Assembly (NCBI GenBank): GCA_049606355.1
Contig: JBMYVL010000004.1
Coordinates: 30,001-62,000 of the forward strand
Length of the DNA: 32,000 nucleotides
Origin: Opitutales bacterium
GTDB lineage: Bacteria > Verrucomicrobiota > Verrucomicrobiia > Opitutales > Coraliomargaritaceae
Direction: 5' to 3'
Part shown: positions 1 through 10,844 of the stretch, one piece after another
How positions within the stretch are numbered: the first letter of the stretch is position 1
How the letters are laid out: each line of letters starts with the position of its first letter
Notes under the pieces: model-generated
The model's database searches: none
Told to the model about the DNA's origin: nothing
What the model saw: only the letters and a program-made list of their open reading frames with translations
Made by a program: the position numbers and the translations under genes

Positions 1-1
1 G

Positions 2-1612
<1,611 letters not shown>

Positions 1613-1665
1613 TATCAGGGTTGAGCGTTGATTCATCTGAGCGGAACTGTTGCACTGAGTAGATA

Positions 1666-2508
1666 ATGTCGGACTTACTTGAAGTAGAGAACCTGCGGAT
1701 TGCGTTTCACGGTGACGGGGAGCGCAATGAGGTCGTGCATGGCATTGATTTTTCAGTTGCTGCCGGAGGACAGGTCGTTGCTTTACTGGGCGAGAGTGGG
1801 AGCGGCAAAAGTGTAACCTGTTTGTCTCTCACACAATTGGTGCCACCGGCGCCGAGCTGCACCGTAAGCGGTACGATTCGTTTCGATGGGCGGGATATTC
1901 TCAAAATGGATCGGGCCGCTTTGCGTAAGGTGCGTGGCGAAGGAATCGCGTATATCTTTCAAGAGCCCGCGGCGTCACTCAACCCGGTGTTTACAGTGGG
2001 TTATCAGATCGCTGAGGCCGTGCGCTTGCATCGTCCGGATCGCAGTGATGTCAAAGGCCGCGTGCTTGAACTGCTTGAGCTTGTAGGGATTCGCGAGGCT
2101 TCGCAGCGTTACCACGCTTATCCGCATGAAATGAGCGGTGGCATGCAACAACGGGTGATGATTGCCATGGCGCTGGCCTGTGAGCCCAAACTACTGGTGG
2201 CCGACGAGCCGACCACTGCGCTGGATGTGACGATACAGGCGCAAATTATCGACCTCTTGCGTGACCTGCGTCAGAAACTCGGGATGAGTATTGTTTTGAT
2301 CACGCACAATTTTGGCATCGTAAAGGGCTTCGCCGATGAGGTCTTGGTCATGTACCGTGGTGATATTGTTGAGCGTGGGCCGGTAGCAACCGTGTTGAAC
2401 GCGCCGCAGCACCCGTACACTCAGGCACTGATTGCTTGTATCCCAAAGTTGGGCGCCAAGCAGCACCGCCTGACTACGATTGATCAGGAAATGGCCGCGG
2501 TGGAGTAA
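1666..2508 (+). CDS. ABC transporter ATP-binding protein, OppD/DppD-like (also resembles the N-terminal half of YejF)
   Basis: Walker [12 protein letters not shown] signature MSGGMQQR, Walker [13 protein letters not shown] and H-loop ITHN are present, with a peptide-transporter tail [10 protein letters not shown]. It follows the permease gene after a 53-nt gap. Confidence 0.92.
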   Translation: MSDLLEVENLRIAFHGDGERNEVVHGIDFSVAAGGQVVALLGESGSGKSVTCLSLTQLVPPAPSCTVSGTIRFDGRDILKMDRAALRKVRGEGIAYIFQEPAASLNPVFTVGYQIAEAVRLHRPDRSDVKGRVLELLELVGIREASQRYHAYPHEMSGGMQQRVMIAMALACEPKLLVADEPTTALDVTIQAQIIDLLRDLRQKLGMSIVLITHNFGIVKGFADEVLVMYRGDIVERGPVATVLNAPQHPYTQALIACIPKLGAKQHRLTTIDQEMAAVE

Positions 2509-2515
2509 GCTCGGG

Positions 2516-2704
2516 CTATCGAAATTGTTGTTGCTCGGCTCTGAACTCGTAGCCTGCGGATGCCAAGCGCTGCACCAGCGCGGCTCGGTCAATCGCGTAT
2601 GTGGCGCAAAGGTCCTCGAGTGAACTGCAGTGGTTGCGTAGTGTGGTATTCACTACGCCGACCAGTAAATGGGGATCCATTTTGAGATATCCGCTGAGGT
2701 CCAT
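2516..2704 (-). CDS. Small DUF4250-like protein. The start is uncertain: ATG at 2704, ATG at 2680 or GTG at 2779.
   Basis: MDPHLLVGVVNTTLRNHCSSLEDLCATYAIDRAALVQRLASAGYEFRAEQQQFR matches my recollection of the ~55-60 aa DUF4250 pattern (DP..L...VN..LR...SSL.ELC......D...L...L...GYEY....NQF). It fills the whole gap between the two ATPase genes, on the opposite strand. Confidence 0.6.
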   Translation of the reverse strand: MDLSGYLKMDPHLLVGVVNTTLRNHCSSLEDLCATYAIDRAALVQRLASAGYEFRAEQQQFR

Positions 2705-2800
2705 GCGGTGCAGCAGAAGTACTTTGCTGCCTAATTTCAAGGTAAACTCGGATGGCAAATAGCTTGAAGCTTTCGGCACATGCTATGGAGTGAGGCTTGC

Positions 2801-3607
2801 ATGCCCGAGCTTACAGACAGCGGCGTACTGCTTTCAGTGCGCGATTTAAAAGTACACTTCCCAACACGAGCGGGGGTGCTGCAACGTGTGGTAGGTCATG
2901 TGAAGGCAGTCGATGGGATTTCTTTCGAGGTGCCGCGCGGCACAACCGTGGGTCTGGTCGGTGAGAGCGGCAGCGGTAAAACGACCACGGGTCGCGCGAT
3001 TGCCCGCCTCGCGCCAATCACTGCGGGATCGGTGTGCTATGCGGGGCAGGACCTGGCCACCGTTTCCAAGTCCGCATATTTTCCCTATCGTAAAAAGATC
3101 CAAATGATTTTTCAGGATCCCTTTAGCTCGCTTAACCCGCGAATGACGGTTTACAGCAGCGTGGCCGAGCCACTGGAGATACATTTCAAGCACTTATCCA
3201 AGTCTGATAAAGAGCAGCGGGTCGCGCAGTTGTTGACCAAGGTGGGCCTGGATCCTGATTTCATGCGCCGCTATCCACATCAGTTTAGTGGTGGGCAGCG
3301 CCAACGTATTGGTATCGCTCGCGCCCTTGCCGTTGAACCGGAATTTATTATCTGCGATGAGCCCGTTAGTGCTTTAGATGTATCCGTGCAGGCGCAAATC
3401 GTGAATCTCCTGCAGGATTTACAGGAAGAATTAGGCCTTACGTACTTATTTATCGCTCATGACTTAGCGGTTGTGGAGCATATCAGCGATTCGGTCTTGG
3501 TCATGACTGAGGGTAAGATCGTTGAGCAGGCATCTGCCGAAGCGATCTATTCGGACCCTCAGCACCCGTACACGAAAAAGCTTTTGGCGGCAGTGCCGAG
3601 TTTGTAG
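2801..3607 (+). CDS. ABC transporter ATP-binding protein, OppF/DppF-like (also resembles the C-terminal half of YejF)
   Basis: Walker [10 protein letters not shown], signature FSGGQRQR, Walker [14 protein letters not shown]-loop IAHD and tail [10 protein letters not shown] are present. ATG 2801 is preferred over ATG 2780 because GGAG lies 11-14 nt upstream and 2801 avoids overlap with the antisense gene. Confidence 0.9.
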   Translation: MPELTDSGVLLSVRDLKVHFPTRAGVLQRVVGHVKAVDGISFEVPRGTTVGLVGESGSGKTTTGRAIARLAPITAGSVCYAGQDLATVSKSAYFPYRKKIQMIFQDPFSSLNPRMTVYSSVAEPLEIHFKHLSKSDKEQRVAQLLTKVGLDPDFMRRYPHQFSGGQRQRIGIARALAVEPEFIICDEPVSALDVSVQAQIVNLLQDLQEELGLTYLFIAHDLAVVEHISDSVLVMTEGKIVEQASAEAIYSDPQHPYTKKLLAAVPSL

Positions 3608-3625
3608 AGGGACCCTGGGGTGCCC

Positions 3626-4522
3626 TTACTGTACAGTGATCGGGATCACCAGTTCATTCATTCCCGCCCCCTGCACAAATAGGCTGCCAGTTCCCGGTTC
3701 GCCTCCTTGGATGCTGATGCTTACGGTACGCGCGGCTTCGGGTATAATCACTTCAGGCATGATCACGCTGTTTGGGATGTCAGTAGTGACGTTGAGATAT
3801 AGGCCGCCACTGGGTGCCGGATGATCCATGGCAAAGGCAAGTGCTTGGCGCTGCCCCTGTTCTAGGAGAAGGCTAGCGGGAATCACGCGCAGTGGTTGCC
3901 CGGGGTCGACCTTAAGGGTGCCTGCGGTCTCAATACTGCGACCGCGTACTTCGACGGTATACGTTTGCCCTGGCGTTACATTCGGGACGATGTACTGCAG
4001 GGTATTACTGGAGATGAAGCGTGTGCTCGCCTCGATCCCGCCGACAAACACAGTATCGCTGCGTGAAAAGCCACGCCCTAAAACTGCCAAGGGTGTGCCA
4101 ATTGGCGCACGATTGGTGTCCAGTGAGATCGAGTAGCGCTCAATTAACTTCACTTCATCGAGGCTCGATTGCATCTGCCCCGTTTGAAGCTCTTGATTGC
4201 GGTCCAGGTAATCATAATCGAAGATATAGTAAAAGCGGGCGCTATTTCGCCCTTCGGGCATGGTATAGTCATAATCAAAATGACCGTAACCTAACTCGCT
4301 GGGCGTCATCGCGTGGGTTTCGCCATCGATTACGATGGATGCTTGAATGCTGTCACGCGTTACCTGTTTGGTGCTGAGTTGCGCGTAGGCACTGAGGGTA
4401 TAGATACCAGAAGGATTCGCGGGCACAGTCGCGGGCGTCATGTTCTGTATTTGAGTGTTGCAGGCGGTCAGGCCGAATAGGACTGCGAGTAGAAAAGAGC
4501 CAAAAATACACGTTGCTTTCAT
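3626..4522 (-). CDS. Putative lipoprotein with an IPT/TIG-like Ig-fold domain
   Basis: From ATG 4522 the N-terminus is MKATCIFGSFLLAVLFGLTAC, a signal peptide with lipobox L-T-A-C. The segment NRAPIGTPLAVLGRGFSRSDTVFVGGIEASTRFISSNTLQYIVPNVTPGQTYTVEVRG looks like an IPT/TIG repeat. The longer ORF start (4597) adds a non-signal-like 25-aa leader. Confidence 0.65.
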   Translation of the reverse strand: MKATCIFGSFLLAVLFGLTACNTQIQNMTPATVPANPSGIYTLSAYAQLSTKQVTRDSIQASIVIDGETHAMTPSELGYGHFDYDYTMPEGRNSARFYYIFDYDYLDRNQELQTGQMQSSLDEVKLIERYSISLDTNRAPIGTPLAVLGRGFSRSDTVFVGGIEASTRFISSNTLQYIVPNVTPGQTYTVEVRGRSIETAGTLKVDPGQPLRVIPASLLLEQGQRQALAFAMDHPAPSGGLYLNVTTDIPNSVIMPEVIIPEAARTVSISIQGGEPGTGSLFVQGAGMNELVIPITVQ

Positions 4523-4692
4523 AAGCCTCAGCAAGGCCTGTCGTCCCCGTGTCGGCAAGCAAAACTGCGGTTGAGTGCCAATTGATTCTTGATTCATTGC
4601 GCGCGGGGCGGTGGCGTTAGCTGAGATCTATATCAAACTGTGAATAAGTGAAATTGAGCTCGAACAGTCAGCAAGTATCGAGGCAGCCAGCT

Positions 4693-5829
4693 ATGCCATT
4701 GGGCGTGTATTGTCATGTGCCCTTTTGCGCGTCGTCCTGCGATTTTTGCGCCTTCTATCAGGAGAAGCCTAGGCGCGAGGACTTGGATCGCTATTTGGAT
4801 GCGATGGATCTTGAGTTTGCCCAGCTGCCGCAGGGGCGTGTGGTCGATACTGTTTTTTGGGGTGGTGGTACGCCGGGCTTGTTGCCGGCGAAAGACTTGG
4901 AGCGCATGGGGCGCAGTCTTTTGGCACGGCTGCCGACCCCCCCGCAAGAGTGGACGATAGAAATGGCACCTTCGACCGTTAAAGCGGATAAGCTAAGTGT
5001 TCTGCGGGAGTTGGGTGTGACGCGTATTTCGATGGGCGTACAAAGTTTTGATGCGAAATTACTCGAGTCTTTGGGGCGCCTCCATCGGCCGAAGCAAATT
5101 TACAAGGCATGGGAGTTGATCCAAGCGGCTCAGTTTCCACAGGTAAATCTCGATCTGATGTTTGCGCTCCCGAATCAAACTTTAGGGGGCTGGGAAGCCG
5201 ATCTTCGTGAAGCAGCTCGCTTAGGCCCCGACCATCTTTCCACGTATTGCCTGACATTCGAGGAGGATACCGCGTTGTATGTGAAGCTGTCGGAAGGTAA
5301 AGTGCAGATGGATGAGGCGCGTGAATTGAGTTTTTATGAGCGAGGCTGGTCTTTGTTGGAGGAGCTGGGTTATCAGCAGTATGAGGTTTCTAACTTTGCG
5401 CGCGAGGTGTCGTCTCACTGTAGCCATAATCTGAATACATGGCGGATGTACGAATGGATCGGCTGTGGGCCATCGGCGGCTAGCCAGTTTGGGCGCGAGC
5501 GGTATCAGCGTACAGCGAATCTCCAGCTGTGGATTGAGGGGATGCAAAATTCGCCGATTGCTGCACGCGAGGAGCTGACCCAACTCGACGATCGTATGCT
5601 ATTTTTTGACGCGGTTATTTTTGGACTGCGTATGAATCGGGGCATTGATTGGTGCGAGCTGCAGCGGCGATTCCCGAGCGCCGGACCGCTCGACTCGTTG
5701 GAAGCCTTATTGCAACAGTTCGTGGGGGAAGGGTTGGTACGGTGTCAGGCGCAGCAGTATACCCTGAGTCCTAAAGGGCGCTTATTGGCAGATGGTATTG
5801 GGAGTGCTTGCCTCGAGCTTATCGCGTAA
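4693..5829 (+). CDS. hemW: Radical SAM family heme chaperone HemW (HemN-like, oxygen-independent coproporphyrinogen oxidase family)
   Basis: The radical SAM CxxxCxxC motif sits near the N-terminus (YCHVPFCASSCDFCAF) and GGGTP is present. At 378 aa from ATG 4693 the size is typical of HemW rather than HemN. It has a HemN_C-like tail. Confidence 0.85.
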   Translation: MPLGVYCHVPFCASSCDFCAFYQEKPRREDLDRYLDAMDLEFAQLPQGRVVDTVFWGGGTPGLLPAKDLERMGRSLLARLPTPPQEWTIEMAPSTVKADKLSVLRELGVTRISMGVQSFDAKLLESLGRLHRPKQIYKAWELIQAAQFPQVNLDLMFALPNQTLGGWEADLREAARLGPDHLSTYCLTFEEDTALYVKLSEGKVQMDEARELSFYERGWSLLEELGYQQYEVSNFAREVSSHCSHNLNTWRMYEWIGCGPSAASQFGRERYQRTANLQLWIEGMQNSPIAAREELTQLDDRMLFFDAVIFGLRMNRGIDWCELQRRFPSAGPLDSLEALLQQFVGEGLVRCQAQQYTLSPKGRLLADGIGSACLELIA

Positions 5830-5870
5830 TTAGGCAGCGCAACTAAGATCTATTTGTAGGGTTTGCTACC

Positions 5871-7067
5871 TTGCCGCGATTAAGCGAAGTGTTTGTAGCC
5901 AATCGTAGATCTGCACGACAGGCGCTGGATCGATTTCTGCCCTTTGCCGGCCGTGAGTATGCTGGCGGCCGTAATTTTGTGCGTCCCCTTGGGTCGTGCG
6001 CACGTGTATCGGGTGTGTCGCCATGGGTGCGGACGCGTTTGTTGCCGGAATGGGAACTTGCTGAGCGCGTCCTGGCACATCACGGTGCAGTGAGCGCCGA
6101 GAAGTTTATTGAAGAAGTCTGTTGGCGTACTTATTGGAAGGGGTGGTTGCAATTACGCCCCGCTGTTTGGGAGCAGTATGTCGAGGAGCTCGAGTCGGTG
6201 CGTCAGCTGTGGCGCAACGACTCGCGCTATCTGTCCCTGCTGGAAGGGTGTAGTGGTATCCAGTGTATGGATGATTGGACACTTGAGCTGCAGCAGTCCG
6301 GTTATTTGCACAATCACGTACGGATGTGGTACGCCAGTATCTGGATTCATACCTTGAAGATTCCGTGGGTGTTGGGCGCGGATTTCTTTCTGCAGCATTT
6401 ATTGGATGGTGATGCAGCGTGCAATACACTGAGTTGGCGTTGGGTGGCAGGGTTGCACACGGCTGGAAAAACCTATCTGGCGCGTCCGGATAATATTCGT
6501 CATTACACAGAGGGTCGCGTTGAGGTCGATTTAGCTTTGGCGGCAGAACCGATGCGCGTGCAGGCGCCGCCCATACCGGTAGCGCGTGGTCTCCCTAATC
6601 TGGGTGTTCCACCGGCGCGTGGATCGCGTGTGGGCTTATTGCTGCAGGAAGATGATTTGTCCGCGTTGCAATGGTTGAGCTCCCGCCAAGCACCGACTGC
6701 AGTCGCAGGCTACCTCCCGGTGGCTACTTATGCTGAATTTGCAATTACGTCAGCTGTGATTCAGTTTCGACTGGATTGTATGCGAGACGCCCTTCCCGGA
6801 GGCGCGCCGCTGTTTGAGGCAGTCCAAGCGGTGGTCGACTGGGCTCTGTCGCACCGCTTGGAGCTTGTGTTGATGGCAGAGGTGCCTGTCGGCTTGTGGA
6901 ACGAACCAATGAGAACGCTATCAGCTGCCCTGCGGGCCGCCGGCATTCGCTTGGCGATGCAACGCAGTGCATGGGATGCCTACTTCCATCCACTCGCGAA
7001 AGCCGGGTTTTTTCGCTTCAAACAAGGGATCCCGGATGGATTGAAGTTATTGATAGCGCCGCCTTAA
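5871..7067 (+). CDS. Photolyase/cryptochrome-family protein: the FAD-binding helical domain is at the N-terminus, followed by a ~170-aa alpha/beta-like region (TTG start)
   Basis: Ordered matches to the photolyase FAD-binding domain include [35 protein letters not shown] and [18 protein letters not shown]. There is no upstream coding space, because hemW ends 41 nt before. Confidence 0.75.
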   Translation: MPRLSEVFVANRRSARQALDRFLPFAGREYAGGRNFVRPLGSCARVSGVSPWVRTRLLPEWELAERVLAHHGAVSAEKFIEEVCWRTYWKGWLQLRPAVWEQYVEELESVRQLWRNDSRYLSLLEGCSGIQCMDDWTLELQQSGYLHNHVRMWYASIWIHTLKIPWVLGADFFLQHLLDGDAACNTLSWRWVAGLHTAGKTYLARPDNIRHYTEGRVEVDLALAAEPMRVQAPPIPVARGLPNLGVPPARGSRVGLLLQEDDLSALQWLSSRQAPTAVAGYLPVATYAEFAITSAVIQFRLDCMRDALPGGAPLFEAVQAVVDWALSHRLELVLMAEVPVGLWNEPMRTLSAALRAAGIRLAMQRSAWDAYFHPLAKAGFFRFKQGIPDGLKLLIAPP

Positions 7068-8495
7068 ATTGGTTGGCAAAATGCCGAGTTCTTCGCGGTA
7101 TTTGGCTACGGTGCGTCGAGCGATTTTAATCTCTTTTTGTTTGAGGCATTCGACGATTTTCTGATCAGAGTAGGGCTTTGCGCTATTTTCCTCTTCAATC
7201 AAATGGGCGATCATATCCTTGATTGTTTTGTTGGAGACGGATTCGCCACTGTCCGAGGTAAAGCCGGGCGTAAAGAAATACTTGAATGCAAACACTCCGT
7301 GCGGGGTGCGGATGTATTTATTGGCAATCGCTCGGGATACGGTGGTTTCGTGTACGCCAACGGTTTGTGCGATGGTGTTCATGGTTAGCGGCCGCAGTTT
7401 CGCGACGCCTTGCTCGAAGAAGTCGCCCTGATAGGTGAGGATTTCGCGGGTGATGCGTTCGATGGTTTGTTGGCGCTGCTCGATTGAATTAATTAGAAAT
7501 TTTCCGGAACGCATCCGTTCGAGCATAAAATCTTTCTCTTTTTTGCTCAGTTCCCCTTTGGCGAGCATTTCTTTATACGCGCTGCTAATGCGCAGGCGCG
7601 GGATGTAGTCGTTATTCAGGATGACCTGCCACTCGTCATACTCATTTTTGAAGACAGTAACGTCGGGTTCAATGACGGTATTGCTGTCGGCGCTGAAGCG
7701 TTTTCCGGGAGCAGGGTCGAGGGTGGCAATCTCTTCAATTGCTGCCTGGATGTCGTCGGTGGTGGTCCCTGTTTTACGGGCAAGTTCAGGGATGCGTCGC
7801 CGTACGAGCAGTTTGAAGTGTTCCCGAAGGATGCGCGCAGCCACCGAATTGCCGCGCCCCTTGATTTCGAGCTGTGTGACTAAGCAGTCCTGAATATCGG
7901 TGGTGCCGATGCCGCCTGGGTCAAACGACCTTAAGATTTTGGCGGCATTTTGTACGGTGCGGTAGGGGATGCGGCTGGTGAGAGCAATGTTCGAAAGGGT
8001 CTCCGTGAGGAAGCCGCTCTCATCAAGGCTACCAATCAGGTAGGTGAGTGCGTCGCGTTCGGCATCGGTACAGTCGGTTAGATCTGCTTGCTCGATCAGG
8101 TGTTGTTGCAGTGAAACGTCGGAGGTCAACGAATTCATGAAGTGCTCGCGCCGCTCTGCCGCTTCGCTGTTGTGTGTAGGTGCGGTGTTTTCTTGGGCAA
8201 ATTGCTCGCGCAAGTCCTCACTCATGCGTTCGAGGATGCTGTAGTCCTCGGCATTGAAATCAAGCTCCTCGTCGGGTTCACGTTCGCTGGGATCCGGGTC
8301 GCTGATTCGCTCTTCGACGCTAATGCTTTCGATGGGGAGTTCTTCAAGGAGTGGATTCGCTTGCAGCTCTTCGAGGATGGCGGTGCGTAAATCCATGGCA
8401 GGCGCCTGCAAGATCTTCAGGGAATTGCGCAACTGAGGCGCCAGAACGAGCGACTGGGTCTGTTTTTGGGACTGTTGAAATTCGAGCGCACACAT
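7047..8495 (-). CDS. rpoN: RNA polymerase sigma-54 factor RpoN
   Basis: Region I is [37 protein letters not shown]. An acidic region II follows. The C-terminal HTH and RpoN box are [16 protein letters not shown]. Length is 482 aa. Confidence 0.97.
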   Translation of the reverse strand: MCALEFQQSQKQTQSLVLAPQLRNSLKILQAPAMDLRTAILEELQANPLLEELPIESISVEERISDPDPSEREPDEELDFNAEDYSILERMSEDLREQFAQENTAPTHNSEAAERREHFMNSLTSDVSLQQHLIEQADLTDCTDAERDALTYLIGSLDESGFLTETLSNIALTSRIPYRTVQNAAKILRSFDPGGIGTTDIQDCLVTQLEIKGRGNSVAARILREHFKLLVRRRIPELARKTGTTTDDIQAAIEEIATLDPAPGKRFSADSNTVIEPDVTVFKNEYDEWQVILNNDYIPRLRISSAYKEMLAKGELSKKEKDFMLERMRSGKFLINSIEQRQQTIERITREILTYQGDFFEQGVAKLRPLTMNTIAQTVGVHETTVSRAIANKYIRTPHGVFAFKYFFTPGFTSDSGESVSNKTIKDMIAHLIEEENSAKPYSDQKIVECLKQKEIKIARRTVAKYREELGILPTNLRRRYQ

Positions 8496-8660
8496 AGAAT
8501 TAGAGCCACTTGACTGAGCAATCGGTGAGTCCTAGCGCCGTGTCGACTCGTTTTCGGCAGCGGTGCTGGCGTGGAATCATTTCAATCAATGCAAATAAAT
8601 CCGCCACGCAAGTCGTTTTTATTAAAACTAGCATGAAAAATGCTTAAGGGGCGACGCAGA

Positions 8661-8679
8661 CGCTGTGTTTGACACAGCG
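8661..8679 (+). repeat. Inverted repeat (7-bp arms CGCTGTG/CACAGCG, 5-nt loop), 25 nt upstream of the erpA ATG; function unknown
   Basis: Read directly from the sequence. It lies in the rpoN/erpA divergent intergenic region. Confidence 0.4.
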
Positions 8680-8703
8680 CACGAGCCGGCTTTTGTGTCG
8701 AGT

Positions 8704-9021
8704 ATGATTACTTTCACCGACAGTGCCGTCGCGCAAATCCAACAGATGCAGTCCGCTAAAGCTGAGCCGGGGCAACGACTGCGTATCTTTGTGGAGCCGG
8801 GCGGATGTTCGGGTTTTGAATACGGTATGTCCTTTGATGTGTGCAAGGACGAGGATGCGGAACTGTCACACAACGGTGTGACATTTTTGATCGATGCGAC
8901 CAGTCTGGAGTACCTGGATGGGAGTGAGGTGGATTTTGACGACGGCTTAAATGGTAAGGGCTTTGAAATCCGCAATCCGAATGCGACGAGCACATGTGGC
9001 TGTGGTCGCTCCTTCAACTGA
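8704..9021 (+). CDS. erpA: A-type iron-sulfur cluster carrier/insertion protein (HesB/IscA/ErpA family)
   Basis: MITFTDSAVAQI..., GGCSGFEY and the C-terminal CGCGRSF supply the three conserved Cys ligands. Length is 105 aa from ATG 8704. Confidence 0.88.
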   Translation: MITFTDSAVAQIQQMQSAKAEPGQRLRIFVEPGGCSGFEYGMSFDVCKDEDAELSHNGVTFLIDATSLEYLDGSEVDFDDGLNGKGFEIRNPNATSTCGCGRSFN

Positions 9022-9154
9022 TTCAGCTTGGGGTGTCCGGGAGGCCTGCCGTAATTCAGCGCAGGTCTTTGTGGCCGCGGTTGAGTCGGTATTAAGCTTG
9101 TGGGCCAATTTAAAGGGCGCTAATTTGCAGACTTATTGAGATAAGTGAAACATT

Positions 9155-10831
9155 ATGGCGAAGTCACCACCTCCCTTTCATTATCAGCCGCCGTTCCCAC
9201 TGGATCACGACCGCACGGAGTACCGGTTGTTGACCGATGAATTTGTTGAAACCGTTGCTTTTCAGGGCGAGTCAGTCCTCAAGGTTGCACCGCAGGCGCT
9301 GACTTACCTCGCTCAAGAGGCGACGCGTGAGATCGCATTTAAATTACGTACGGAACATCTCGAGCAGGTCGCGGCGATTCTAACGGATTCGGAAGCGACC
9401 GACAATGATCGTACGATCGCGCTGACCTTGCTGCGTAATGCCGAGGTGGCGGCCCATGGTGTGTTGCCGTTTTGTCAAGACACCGGTACCGCAATTATTA
9501 TGGGTAAAAAGGGGCAGCGCGTGTGGACCGGGGGCGGCGATGCTGCAGCGCTTTCGGCCGGTGTTTACAATACGTACACGCAAGAAAACCTGCGTTATTC
9601 GCAAACGGTACCACTGTCGATGTACGCAGAGCAAAACAGTGGTTGTAATTTGCCGGCGCAGGTCGACATTTTGGCGACGGACGGCGATTCGTACGACTTT
9701 CTCTTTGTCGCTAAGGGCGGAGGCTCCGCCAATAAAACGTTTCTTTTTCAGGAAACGAAGGCGCTGTTAAATCCGGCTAATCTCGAGAAGTTTTGTATTG
9801 AGAAAATGGGTACACTGGGCACGTCGGCATGCCCGCCGTATCATATTGCCATCGTGATTGGCGGCACTTCAGCTGAAAGCACCATGAAGACGGTGAAGCT
9901 GGCTTCGACCAAGTACTATGATGCTTTGCCGACGCAGGGGAATGAGCATGGTCAAGCGTTTCGAGATCTTGAGTTGGAGCAGAAGCTGCTGGGTTACACC
10001 CGACAAATGGGGTATGGTGCTCAATTTGGTGGTAAGTATTTTGCTCTTGATGTTCGTGTGATTCGCTTGCCACGCCACGGTGCGTCCTGTCCTGTAGGGA
10101 TTGGAGTGTCCTGTTCGGCAGATCGCAATGCTCGTGCGCGAATTGATAAGGACGGTATCTGGCTCGAGCAACTCGAAGACAATCCGGGTCGCTTTATTCC
10201 TGCTACGGTGGAAACCGGTCAGCCAGTGGCATCGGTGGCGATCGATTTGAATCGCCCGATGTCGGAAATTCTCACGGAACTCAGTCGCTATCCGGTGGCG
10301 ACGCCACTTTCGCTTTCGGGGACCATTGTCGTTGCGCGCGACAGCGCACATGCAAAGCTGCAAGAGCGTTTAGATCGCGGCGAAGGCTTACCGGATTACT
10401 TTAAAGATCATCCGATTTATTACGCTGGTCCGGCGAAGACTCCAGCGGGGAAGCCCTCTGGCTCATTTGGGCCGACTACCGCAGGGCGAATGGATTCCTA
10501 CGTGCAGCCCTTTCAGGCGGCAGGAGGCTCAATGGTCATGCTGGCGAAGGGCAATCGCTCACAACAGGTCACCGATGCCTGCCGGCAGCACGGTGGCTTT
10601 TATTTGGGGTCGATTGGCGGCCCGGCCGCGCTCCTCGCCGAGCACAACATTAAGAACGTCTCAGTGCTTGAGTACCCCGAGTTGGGGATGGAGGCGATTT
10701 GGAAAATTGAAGTCGAAAATTTCCCTGCTTATATCTTAGTCGATGATAAGGGGAATGATTTCTTCGCCGATGTTAGAGAGAGTTGCCAGAAATGTGCACT
10801 CCAAGCATACGAAACAGCCAAATCAAAGTAA
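9155..10831 (+). CDS. fumA: Class I (4Fe-4S dependent) fumarate hydratase, FumA-type
   Basis: The protein is near-collinear with E. coli FumA as I recall it: [83 protein letters not shown] and [15 protein letters not shown]. Confidence 0.97.
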   Translation: MAKSPPPFHYQPPFPLDHDRTEYRLLTDEFVETVAFQGESVLKVAPQALTYLAQEATREIAFKLRTEHLEQVAAILTDSEATDNDRTIALTLLRNAEVAAHGVLPFCQDTGTAIIMGKKGQRVWTGGGDAAALSAGVYNTYTQENLRYSQTVPLSMYAEQNSGCNLPAQVDILATDGDSYDFLFVAKGGGSANKTFLFQETKALLNPANLEKFCIEKMGTLGTSACPPYHIAIVIGGTSAESTMKTVKLASTKYYDALPTQGNEHGQAFRDLELEQKLLGYTRQMGYGAQFGGKYFALDVRVIRLPRHGASCPVGIGVSCSADRNARARIDKDGIWLEQLEDNPGRFIPATVETGQPVASVAIDLNRPMSEILTELSRYPVATPLSLSGTIVVARDSAHAKLQERLDRGEGLPDYFKDHPIYYAGPAKTPAGKPSGSFGPTTAGRMDSYVQPFQAAGGSMVMLAKGNRSQQVTDACRQHGGFYLGSIGGPAALLAEHNIKNVSVLEYPELGMEAIWKIEVENFPAYILVDDKGNDFFADVRESCQKCALQAYETAKSK

Positions 10832-10844
10832 TGGCTCTATTTGC

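Noticed and set aside
2191-2592. A 133-aa minus-strand ORF spans the 3' end of the first ATPase gene and overlaps the DUF4250 gene in another frame.
   Set aside because: It is mostly antisense to conserved ABC ATPase sequence. The DUF4250-like frame has the recognisable motif, while this one has none.
4085-4100. A near-consensus sigma-54 promoter element lies on the minus strand (5'-TGGCACACCCTTGGCA-3'), with correct GG/GC spacing.
   Set aside because: It lies ~420 nt inside the lipoprotein coding sequence. Downstream there is only the rest of that gene and then a convergent gene, and no enhancer-binding-protein gene is nearby. It is most likely a chance match.
4523-4597. Long N-terminal extensions are offered by the ORF track for several genes: 3626-4597, 13079-13570, 13600-13830, 19756-20097, 22670-23533, 28331-29908 and 29826-31001.
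   Set aside because: In each case an internal ATG gives an N-terminus matching the family consensus or a proper signal peptide. The extension is non-conserved or would overlap the neighbouring gene. I report the shorter coordinates, with the residual uncertainty noted.
6073-6089. A TGGCAC...GGTGCA motif resembles a -24/-12 promoter.
   Set aside because: The GG-to-GC spacing is 13 instead of 12, and the motif is internal to the photolyase-like CDS.
9869-10363. A 164-aa minus-strand ORF lies inside fumA, alongside other nested ORFs within fumA, the permease gene, rpoN, the PhoD-like gene, dnaG and the TPR lipoprotein gene.
   Set aside because: All of them are embedded in, or antisense to, long ORFs with strong family signatures. 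They are Arg/Ser/Pro/His-rich, as expected for out-of-frame translation of mid-GC coding DNA.
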